A DNA stretch of 59,732 nt, counting the filler, from Sphacelaria rigidula (taxonomy: Eukaryota): assembly GCA_964200075.2 (NCBI GenBank). It is 9 parts of 9 records of this genome, joined end to end, with 100 filler letters (N's around TTAATTAATTAA, not from the genome) between each part and the next. Parts side by side here need not be neighbours in the genome. Positions count along the whole stretch, not along the records: positions 19,946 to 26,493 come from CAXNAA020019419.1; positions 26,594 to 33,141 come from CAXNAA020019420.1; positions 33,242 to 39,789 come from CAXNAA020019421.1; 6 more parts are not named here. One strand, given 5' to 3'. Below are positions 24,613 to 36,600 of this stretch, one piece after another (position 1 is the first letter of the stretch; each line of letters starts with the position of its first letter). Below the pieces are notes generated by a model. That model saw only the letters and a list, made by a program, of their open reading frames with translations. It searched no databases and was not told the origin of the DNA. The position numbers and the translations under genes are program-made.

Positions 24613-26772
24613 ACACGGGGGGGGGGAGGTGATAAGGCTAGCATCATTTCTAGTCCCTAGCCGGGGTTCAAGAGCGACAGCTTCGATTCTGCTTTCTGAA
24701 TATGTATGTGTGCATCTTCGTGCACAATAATGGTGTCTGCTTTGCCTCGTCAGGTAGATTCAAGCACTCCACGTTTGGACCCAACTATCGTTTTTTCTTT
24801 CCCTTTTTCGTTTCCAGGGGACGATAAACACCAAGATACGCCCGTGGAATAAAGCGCAGTCAACGGTTGGAAGGCAGAGCGGTCGCAGGGGGTGGCTGAT
24901 GCGCAAAACATACGTGTGCTCCGAAAGCACTACGCACGCCACCCACGCACGTGGCGGGTTGCGCTGTAGTAGGCACGGGTAGGGATGCTCCGACGTTTGA
25001 AGCGAAGGCCGGTGTTCCTGTATATACCCCTGCTTGAGCCGTTCCACGCTAGGGGCATGTATGTGAGTGGAAAAATGTAATCGAAAAAAAAAAAAAACAT
25101 GAGGGTCATGATGTTGTATGTAATATAAAGTGATACCACTACCCTCCACCAATTAAAGGGGCGCGAAAAGTCGTCAAACTAGCAACCGAGGTGTCGCTGA
25201 ATATTAGCATCAAAACTATCTGCAATAAATTGAGGGTCCCAGAAAAGTGCGGTGGGTCGCCTGCCCAGCATAGAACCGCACTATGCTGCGACCCCGCACT
25301 GTACTCGAATAGTGCTATCGCTCGAATTTAGTATAGCGGATCGGACTTTTTCGACAATTGATTCTGACCGTATTTTGGTAGAATGGGATCCCGAGTGTAC
25401 TTACTCTTCATCAGGGACAGAGATAGGTCTGCTACGGCTGGATCGGCGCTACGCGCCGATCCGTCAGGAAGTCGTTCAGCGGCTGCCGGAGGCAACAACG
25501 GGCCTTCCGCAGAACGAAAATGTGGAGGGTAAATCGTCATTTTGCGCCATCTTCCCATCATTTCTGACGCGTTACCGGTGTTCACGAGACAAAATTAAGC
25601 TGTAAGATATCCGTTCAGTATATATTCTGACGGTTAGGACGTGCGTTCGAATCTCGGTAAAGTCACGCGATCTAGGATTTTTGTCTGACATCACGTCCAA
25701 AAGCGGAGAGCGACCATGTCGTGGATACACAAAGTTCGACCTCTCGCTCGACGAGGGAAAACGAACCGCTGAACCCTTCACGCGTTAAAAAAAAATGAAG
25801 CACCGCAGGAGGAAGACTGGTTACTAAACCAAACAAAAAATGAGAAAACCCCATGTTGGCCTTCCTCCTGTGTGACCTTAATTGATACCCACATATTCCG
25901 AAAGGTGTAGACTGCCACCTAGAGTAGATGGCATGACAGCACCCTCATATATCTATATATATACAAGGGGTTCGGCGGCTTACGTCGCCACGATCAATGA
26001 GATCGACAGCCAAGGTACATAAAAACCGGTCATCGTTGCTCGCATTGCGTAAACGGCACAGGCCATTCAAGTACAAAATGGATGTAAAACGCACACACTG
26101 CATTTCACAACGGCACTCAACTCGATGCTCATCAAGTACGATTACGGTAGCCGAAAGTGAAGTGACTCCTGGAGAGTCGACAGCAGGGAGCATGGGTCCT
26201 TCCCGGTGTTGAAAGTCGGATATATTTCACGACGGCCGAATCCGCTGGTCGACATGTATGACACCAGGCAGCAACCCAGCAACCGCGCCGAATCAGCGGC
26301 CACGAGTCTCAAACCGTAAGGCAGCCCCTAAAACTGAGGTAGACGGCAATCCGCCGATCGCCGAGACGTTTTTCGTCGCAACGTACCGAAAGCACTTGTT
26401 GTAAAGTAGCGATACCAGAAAATGAAGCAACTCCTGGGAGCAGTCATCCAAATGCAAGATAACCAGTAGGCCTCGGGCCGAACAATCTTAGCANNNNNNN
26501 NNNNNNNNNNNNNNNNNNNNNNNNNNNNNNNNNNNNNTTAATTAATTAANNNNNNNNNNNNNNNNNNNNNNNNNNNNNNNNNNNNNNNNNNNNCAATCCA
26601 ACCGTCAGAGGGTTTCGAGGTTACCAACTGAGCCACCGGGGCGACCGGAAAGTCAAAAGAGGAAACTGTACATGGAATATTTTCGGAGAAAAGAGGTGTG
26701 GACGCATTCTCCCAGGTGCAACAACCCCAGGTGCGAAAACCGTCCGCTACTGACAAAAACAATAGTGCTCAC

Positions 26773-29700
26773 CAGCTCAGAAACCTCGAGCTGTGTCATT
26801 GAATCCCACACGCCGTCGGAGGCCACGACCAGGTAGGAAGGTTCCTGTACACAAACAACGACAACAACCAAAACAACAACCAAAGAGGACAAAACAGAAG
26901 AAATATACAAGTCACAAGAAAGCAAAACCAGGCTCCTGACTGCAGCGCGGCAAGCACAGCTTTGTAAAAAGGTCCGCTTACACCCACAACATCGTCATCA
27001 ACAACAACAATCACAGTAGCAGACAAAAACGAAAGGACCAGACTTATGATCAACTAGCGGAATGAAGCCAATATAGCACCGCATCAACGGTCCTCTTGAA
27101 AATAGTTGTAAAAACTATGGAACATCAGCGGCGACGACCACCCTGCCAACACGAGCCTGATCTTCCGACCTGCGACATTGAAGCACGCGTATTTTCTCAC
27201 TTCCGCGAATGCGGGGGTTTCCAGAGCAGGGAGAGTGGCGGGGGAGAGTCACAGGTATGGTGCAAGACCACCTTGCGGGGGTGTACTCATGATCATGTAT
27301 GCCTTAGTCATGGGACCATTTATTGAACTACAGCAGCGGACGCGCTCGCTGATCAGTTTGTAAAAAAAAACAAAAAACAAATCCTGAGGAAGGACGGTTA
27401 AGGCCAGATCTTGGGCAAGGGCACAAAAGAGGAAAACAACAGGCCATTTGTCAAAACAGTATGTGATACATTTACGCATACCTGTCCTCGACTGTAGGGC
27501 AGACTTCGGACCGACACGTACGGCTCAGCAATAACGCATCCGGGCCAAGTCTTCTTGAGATCCAGGTCCTGCCACGGAAACAGCAGTGTCAACAACGCGC
27601 GGTGCAACATATCTTGGGTAGGAAGCAAGCCAAGTTAAATACGCTGGTGACTACTATAGGCGCAGTCGCCCGCAGCACGTGCTTTCCCACCCTTTCTGTT
27701 TTTTATGCTGTTCTATGCAATGCTTCCTCTCCGTGTGTGGCTTCCCCAAGTCGATGGCGACCGGTAGCGGTACAGCAACACTGGACACGCCCAACAGCAG
27801 TTGAGCATATACTTGACATCATTTGTGTAGAAAAATGGACATGACCAGAGATACAAAATGATTGATTTTGTACTCGTCCAAAGATCGAAATCGCAACACA
27901 AAAACGACTTGTCGCGTCATGTAGGCACGGCATGGGCAGAATGAAACGAAATGGGAACAATACTTGAAGCGCCTATGCTGGAAAATGACCCTTGAAGCAC
28001 CTATGCTGAAAAATGACCCGTCTGTCCCGACGTGATTTTCACAACACTCAAAGTATTACTTGTAGGTTGACTCATCCTGCACGCGATCAAGCATCAACTC
28101 GCAGAGGGAAACATGCAATGTAAGGCAGATACCCGCCTGGCCCCTATTTAGCTGGGCATGGTGTGCATTGCTTCATGGGAAACCGTCTGGTGTTGAGGGA
28201 GGTGTTTTTGACCGTTCGATCGTATTTTCAGCACACCCGTGCACGAAGAGCCGTTGTCCTCCTTTGCTTCGGCACTAAAAAGTCTCGAACAAAGCTCAGG
28301 GCACTGGTACGCTCAAGACCTACACCGCGGGGGATTGCTAGACCTGTAGCTGTCACAGTCAGCGAAGGCGTGGCCTGCTCACGTGTTATTTTCGTCCAAA
28401 CAAACCAGTATCAAGAGCTAAATCCCAATTTTGCGGTTTGTTCAGCCAGGCAACTCGATACGAGATGGGCACCTTGTAATGCATCGAGTTGGCCATTCTT
28501 CTCGGCCCCACAAACCCACAAACAGTGGAATATGCTTAATTTTGTCCCCATAAACAGGTGTTTGAAGGACAGAAAATGGCCGTTCTGTACCGCCGATTCC
28601 GTTCCCTTAACATGTGTCTCTTGTCTCTTTTCTCCGTGGGGATGCGTTCCCTCTCACCCCAATAGCTCTGGAGGGTTCCAGCACACCCATGACGCGTCCC
28701 TGGATCACCCTCCCGCCTGCGTGGCTTATCCTAGTCTTTTCATCAAGGTCCATCGCGCGGTGCGCTGATCGAGCAATAAAAAAGCGTTCACCATCGAAGG
28801 TTCCGCCATGCACACACGGAAAGAGAGGCCGTGAAACAGGACATGTGTGACGAACGAAAAAGTAAAACCAAGATCAGGATGCATCGTCACCAACCCTGGA
28901 GTGAGTGCATGCACCACTCCACCGTGCCAGGCCAAAAAAAAGCACGATGCCAAAAAAAGAGCGCGACAGGCGATGACCGCGGGACACGGGAAATAATTTC
29001 GTACGTGCTGCGGTATACTAAGGAATCAAGAATTTCCGATTTTCTGGACGACTGGATTACAGCAAAGTGTCCTTGAAAAGGGGGGCGTGTCGCAGAACCA
29101 TCAGAATGTTTCACAGAAAAAACATTCGAAAAAGTTCAGTACACGACGTTTTGGCATTCTACACACATCTTATCAGTTTCTCGCACAAGCTCGGCAGTGA
29201 TTTGTCCAGTCCCTCCCTCACGAAGCTGCGATTTGAACCATGGTTCGCTTCGCTACTATTGCACCTACAGTATCCCTACACTGTAAGGGAAAAGGGAGGA
29301 GGAGGGATTGAGAAACCACACCGTTTGTGTTCACTGGATGAGATAAGGTGCACCCCTCGACGGATGCTCCGCACACACTATCCAGAACTAAATCAGTTTC
29401 GTGGAGTCTCCCCAAGGTTCTCCGGTCTCCAAAAAAGTAAAATTAAATAGGCAAGAAAAAGAACGAGAGGGGGGGGGGGGGGGCTTGTTTTACCGTACTG
29501 TCCATCTACCCCGTGTGTACGTGTGCCTTGAAATTCCCGCCCTTCAACAGATGCAGGTCGGCATACACAAATACATTCTCTGTCACACCGAATAGACCAC
29601 CCTTCCACTTTACGCAGCGCATTCCCGTTTCCTTAATCGCAGGATATGGTCAACGAAAAAACGATCTTGTTCATATTACCTAAATCATTACTGGTTTCTG

Positions 29701-31788
29701 CTGGGAACCCCGGATTCTTCGTTGCTTGTTTCCTGTTTGCTTGTTTTTCTGTTTCCCTCTTATCGCCATCCATGGGCACGGGTAAAGGAACATTTCCCCC
29801 TACCCCAATGCGAAAAAATATCCCCCTACCGATGCCCATGTAAAAAGTCTTGGTACTGTCCCGCAATATTTTGGAACAATACTTGTAATGCGAGATACTC
29901 ACGCTTGGACAGCGGGATGTGCACCCCCTTATCGTTGATCAAGATCGCCTGGCAGTCGCTGCTCGTGAGAACAAGTAAACAGAAAACAGACGGGAAGGGG
30001 GGGAACAAGAAAGATGGTAACAGATGCGACAGAGGATGCGACAGCAGAGGCCATCTGAGCGAAACACAAAATACTTCGTGTGGGTAGTAGCACGACTTGA
30101 GTCGTCCCGAATCACCACCGGCGAAACAAGTGAACAGAAACACTTTCAGGGCTCATTTGCCGCACGCGGCAAATCTCAACCATGCTACTGCGGGATTGCT
30201 AGTTTGACTTTTCAATCGGTTCACCAGCACGTAAAGCATCTGACTGGTATCATTTCACACCCTGGACACTATATTATGGTCAATAGGTGCAACAGGCCTA
30301 TACTTCACCCACTGCATTTTCGTCTATTGCATGTACCGACCATATATTGTCATTGTCCAGGGTGTGTCTCATATAGAGCAGCACCCGAACAGCGTGATCT
30401 GCTTCACGTAGCTGTTACTGGATTTGCTCCGTTGCGCGTCGCAGGTTGCCGTGCTCCTGTCGTGAGGGCTATAGTGCAGCTACGGGTAGACTTACGGAAG
30501 GCATTGCTACACAGAGATCCTAGAGCGATAACATTTTAGTTTTGTCAACGGCTGCTTCTGCACATCTCGAGCAGTTCGCGGTCAATGGTTTTCGGCGCGA
30601 AGGGTTTTACACGCTCATTCGTGCGGTGGGGTGGGGATGGGCGTGATTTTGAATTTTGCGCAAGACACGCCGGGATGAAAAAACGCCTGGGAAAATTACA
30701 CCAGACGTACCCGACGTTGGCCGCGCAGAGAACCGACCCTCGGATCGCGACGACACACGCGCAGCAACCGGAGCTGTCGCCTGATCTCCTCGCCCAACTC
30801 GAGTAACCCTGGTGAGAGATTATGTAGGCGATGAGATCATGGAAGAGGACGTGAACAATGTGTGTCTTTTTTGTCGTCGAGCGACGAAAACAAATTAGAG
30901 CATGTGGCACCAAACAGCCTCAAAACCAAACACAGTGTAATAAAAATAAAAGATGAATGAGTAAAACGATGCGCACATTCTCTGTTCTTTTAAAGTGTGC
31001 CGCACATCTCCACGCTTGAAAAAACAAACAAAAAACACTTACCTGCAAACAAACAAACTCTGCGCGAGGCGCATCAATTTTTGCATCTATTTGTTATGTG
31101 CGACCAGAGTTTTGCCATTTTAAGGATATTCGAAATATTGCATTTCCTCACTGCAAACAATCTGCTCGGCAGCGAAACCGCCGCTTGTATAACAAGATGA
31201 AAAAATGGTGGCAGCAGCAGCGGTAGTAGTTTTGCGTACAGCTTCAACGCGAGGGTTATGTTCGTGTTGACGTGAGACGCTTCTTTTCCTTACCTCTTCC
31301 ATGGCTGCGAAACGTTTGCGGACCTTACAGCAGCAGGAGCATTCGAATATACAATAATATAAAGTTATGAAACGTTACGCTTACTGACTACCATAGACAA
31401 GTCAAGAACTAAATTAATCTCCTCACACCGGAGAGAGCACAAAATTGAGGGGGCGAAACGTGGTGGCGTAGGTGTGCTCATTTTCAGAGGAAAAAAAAGA
31501 AAGAAGTACAGATATACAGCAATATTTTGGGGCTTTCACTCTGCAAAAAAAGCTGCACTGTGACCGCAAGCATGAAAACTCCCTCAACGTCAAAGTCCCG
31601 CACGATTGACGACTGTACGCACCCACGTTAGACCCATCGTCCATCCTACAAACAAAAGCGGGGCTCCACAACTGACGGTCAAATTTGCCTCTTGCCTGCT
31701 CAACGGCAGCTATTCCCTCCTCCACCGCGCTCGCCAAAGCTTCATCCGCTGGATAATCAATGCTCTCATAAAAGGCGCTTTGTCCGAT
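26773..31788 (-). CDS. PP2C (PPM-type) protein phosphatase, internal 6 exons
   Basis: Exons 31788-31696 (5' edge uncertain; GC donor), 30808-30711 (SGCCACVVAIRGSVLCAANVG), 29958-29903 (DCQAIL..PLSK), 28764-28658 (H....DEKTRISHAGG..GRVMGVLEPSRAIG), 27568-27482 (DLDLK..VIAEP) and 26844-26773 (LVVASDGVWD). Phases are consistent and the PP2C motifs are in order. Confidence 0.92.
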
Positions 31789-33647
31789 CTGCTCTTCGAC
31801 CGTCACAAGAGTTTTTCGACCGAGTGATACAGATTTCCGAAATATTCGTAGCAGGGGGTGAGTGGTGGACGCAGAGAGATACGGAGCCTGAGCATGAGCT
31901 TTTGAACAGGTTTCACGGATGAGTTGTGGTGTACTCAGAAACTCACCATTCAATATTTCTGGAAAAACGAATAACAAAATCACAGCAGCGATACCATCTC
32001 GAAAAAGCGGGCGGGCGGGGATGGGTGGGTGTAAACATGATGTTGCGTGCAATAGTCATATGAACATGGACCTTGCATCCCTGCAAAGCCGGAACGGAGC
32101 ACGCCGGGTTTTTGCCGGACCAGGCTCGCAGTCAATCACCAAGCGAGAAGCACCGTGGTGTGCTGGGCGTGTGGTATGAAGGGGGGAGGGGGACTTCTCG
32201 CACAAGCTCCACGATGACTTCATCAACCTCATCCTTCAAAAGAGTGTGACCTGAACCGGGTATCATTTCACTTCTTTCTCACCTACTCCTTACACTGTAG
32301 GGAGAGTGGGGGAAGAGACTACAAGGGGTATACTTGTGCCGGTGTTGACACGCTTGGTGCGATGTTTACGCGCCGTGAGTTTTTGTGGAGGATGTCCAAC
32401 ATGTCCAACTTCAGAGACGAGATGCCTACATACACTGGAACACATGGACACGACTTTCATATACGAGGTGCGGTTCATACAAAAGTTGACAACTTCCCAT
32501 TCCAGTATTGCTGGACACTAAAGCATTGATTTGAAAAGTGCCGTTGTGGCGGGCGGGGGGGAGAGTCATGCTTGCAGCTTGGACTGTTGGCCAGTGAGAA
32601 CGCGCCCTCAAAGATTTGGAACACATAAACACACCCACAAGCCAGTGACTGAGAATGACGAAACCAACACGGCCGCGGGTACGCTCAACACCAAACCTAG
32701 CGCATATCAAATCTATTCGAAAAAGGGGGGCAGCTGTTCTGACACACCAGATGGGCCGGATTATCGCAGCACGCCGGTACGGAAACCGCCGCAAAAACGG
32801 CACCATATCCCCTGTAAAGCTGCCAGCATATACATATACTTAGCACGCTTTGGATGTCGCACTCGCCTCCGTCTTTCCTGCTCTCTCTAAACGTTTGTGC
32901 CATCCATCAACGTGTATTTGTCTCTCTCCGTGTCTGTTTGTCTGTCTCTCCCTCTACCTCTGTCTCCGCCCGTCTTTGTCCTCCCCACCACTTTTCACTC
33001 TCATGGCCCGCTGCACCCGTTGCGGACCCCTGCTTTTCAGGACTAACCCATTTGGGTGCACAAAACTCCACGGTTAGGACAAATAATGATTCGTCAGGAA
33101 ATTACTTGGTTTTAGTATCATAAGTTGACTCGTGATGAATGNNNNNNNNNNNNNNNNNNNNNNNNNNNNNNNNNNNNNNNNNNNNTTAATTAATTAANNN
33201 NNNNNNNNNNNNNNNNNNNNNNNNNNNNNNNNNNNNNNNNNCCAATGTACCGCGCAGATATCGGAACGGCTTTTAATGTGAAGACAACAACAAACAACAA
33301 ACAACAACAACAACATCTATATATATATATATATCTGATGCTGGCAAAGAGCATACGCATTCGTAAGATGGGACCGAGGGAGATCGGGGCGTTCATGAAG
33401 GTGACCAAGCAAAGTTATCGTTTGTCCTTCTCCATCGCACAACGATGCGCAACGCCATGCGTGGCAACACCTCCCCCCCTCTGTTTATTCTCCCCCACGA
33501 GCGGAGGCGAAACAATGTTTTTGGCGTGCAGATTCATGTTACACGGTTCTACCCGTCTTGGGCTATAAACGGTCGACAGAGGGCACGGTCCACCTGTTCG
33601 TGACTTCCTTGGCTTCCGTGACTGCTCTTCTATCTTGTTCCGGGCAG

Positions 33648-36600
33648 GACAAACGGGGAATCACTTCGCTATTGTTTCGAGGTTTCTCTCTCTGGGGTAC
33701 TGCTGCAAATCCAAACTGGTAAGAGTCTGCTGTCGCGACCTAGTTGTATTCTGGCATTCGTGGCCCAAACAATACAGGCTGGTTCAGGGTGTGTGTGTGT
33801 TGTTGTTGTGTTGTCGTCTGTGACGGTTTAAGAGACACACGTCCCTTCGCCGTGACGCTGGTGGTGAAGATGTTTCTCGGCTAATCGGGGGGCCTCCAAA
33901 TTGTTCTGATATCAAAAATGCGAAATCTTGAATCAAGTTGTGCCCAATCTCAACACGAATCAAACCTTAGTAACCGCCATCAGCTAGGGAATCTATCCCC
34001 AACATTAATTTTGGAAACGGTTAGTGTTGGATCGAGGTATACCCACATCGTGATAACTCGGTGATGTGGGGTTTTAGCGTTGTCGAATTTCCACTAATAA
34101 CATGCATCAAGAACAAGAAAGCCTGTTGAAGTTTCCCCTTGGATCTTTCGTAGAAAAGCTCCGGTCATCCTCAAACTTGGCAATCTGGTAGGTATGGGCG
34201 ATACGAAGGGAAAGTAATCGTCACGCATATTTCAAAGTATATTCGCTCTCTACCGATTTGCGGGGATCCCAGAGTGAAGTTCCCAAGAAGCCGGTACAGC
34301 TTGCATGAAGATTAAAAAAATAGTTGTCTCGTCCCGAGGTAGCCGACGAGAAGTTTATCCAAACGATAGGTGCGTAACTCGAAAAGCTGATCCCAAACGG
34401 TCGATTCAAGCTCAAGCGCACAAGGGAAACGTCGGCAGCAAACTAGAATAAAGGGATGAGGGGAACCCCGCGTAGTGTGGTGTACGTCAACGCACATGCG
34501 GGTGATTACTTACGCCATTTCATCGAGTTATACCATGGAATATTGCAGACGGGTGCTCTGAGGTATTCAGGAAGGCTGTGTGAACGGTGTGTTGTAATGA
34601 CTTTTTCACCAGGTATCCGGCGCCGATTCCAGGAGGCGGTGTCGGACACCGCCTCCTGGGACCCCGGATATGTGGTTAAAAAGTCATTGAAACGCACCGT
34701 TCACACAGCCTTCCTAAATACCTCAGAGCACCCGCCTGCAATATTCCGCGCTATACCTCGATAAAACAGCGTGAGTGATCGCCGGGGAGTAAATTTTGGT
34801 CACCGTGAACCCTCCTGTACTCGGACACGCCCCGGTAAGTGAAAATCAGTACTACGACTGAAGCACAGCGGAGGGAACTCACACGACGTCCAGATAATGT
34901 AATCTCCGTTATGGCCTCCCGTGCCCTGTCGCACTTGTGCAGTTCGCCGCCAGAAATCTAGCGAATGACCGGACAATGAAAAACATACACAGGAGTCGTG
35001 ATTTGACGCTGGATATTAATGGTTGGTCTTTGTGTTCGCTGCGCTCTTGCTGAATATCTTTCTGCTGACACGCAAGTCAAATCGTTCATGCTCTGGGGCA
35101 CATCATGCTAGAACCGCAATATCCCGCTGATACACATACCGCAGGTTACGCTTCCGCCCAAAGACCCGGTCGTAGCCCCGGGGATGTTCGGCGAAGGAGT
35201 ACATGGACCAAGGCACTTCGATTTCTCCAGCGCTCCGGAAGTATCGGGATTTGACGCCGCTACTGAGGAAAAGTGTCACGAAACGATAAACATAGGCGGG
35301 ATGGCAGCGTACTATGCGCTGTTGCGGTCCCGTGAGTGAACGTGAACGAGGGGCATCGGCGCCCCGTCCAGAGTGATGTGACAGAGCGTGTGGAGTGTGG
35401 CCAGTGGTAAAATATATGTTCGGGGTATCAGAGATTCTCGCCCGCCACCATGATAGCTTGGTTATCATGATGATCGGTCTCCACGTGGCGCAACAACTCG
35501 TATCTACAATGTAGGGTGTAGCCTGTAGCGAGAAGCTAGTCTCCTCAAACTTGGACTCGACTACCGGAGAGGCGCCCTTCAAATGGCAAGTGGGCACGTC
35601 TATTTTGGGCGATAATCCTTGCCGCTGCACCCCGGTTGTGAAATGGTCCGACTGTCGCCATTAGGATGGAGAGAGCGACGGTTCGATTCCCGATGCGTTG
35701 GGCTTTTTCTTGGTATCTGATTTCCACCGTGGAAAGCGTGAGAGTGTGAGTGAACAAACTACTTGACTGAGTTTGTTTGACGAGAGTTGACGCAGTGCGG
35801 GAGTGCTGACCCAATCCGCGGGACCAAAATTCAAGGCGCGTACCGGGGAGGGATGGTTGATTCCCTGAGACGACGGACTCGTCCCGAGGAAGGGAGGCGG
35901 TTCAAAGTGCGGCAAATAAATAAATAATAGATAATAGATAATAGATAATAGATAATAGATAATAGATAATAGATAATAGATAATAGATGATAAATAATGA
36001 ATAATGAGTAATGAGTAATGAATAATGAGTAGTAAATAGTAAAGATCCCCTCGATGTCATCCCGATTTCTCATCAAACACAAACGTCTCCCTCGGACAAG
36101 TTCTGTGATTCTCGCGCTGTGTTCTCGGCTTCTTTGATGATTCGTGTGGTGCAGATGGAGCCCCACGTGGAGCGTGGAAGAATGAAAACCTTGCTGCGTG
36201 CGTGGAAAGCGTTCGGCTGCTTGATTGCGAGGCGGCGTACCTCTTTCCGAAGGGCGCAGACTTTTGCAACCCGGCGGAGGGGAACGTGACAGCTGAGCAC
36301 GCGAGGATGGGCTCAACGACGACGCCAAATGCCGGACATCTGGTTTTTCACGTGCGCTCCGGAGGCATATATCGTACCGGCTTAGGACGAACTGATATTT
36401 ACGGACAGGTGACAGGAAAATGAAAGTAATTTGGCAACGCTTTGCGGGGCGAGAGGTGCCCTCTACCATTACGCATGGCGTCAGTGGCACTGTCTCATGT
36501 CAAAGTGCTAGTGGTGCGTCCCAATGGCATCTGAGTTGTCATGACACGAAATACTGGCACCTCTGAAGTGCTGTAATGCGTGTGCGGACTACGTACATTT

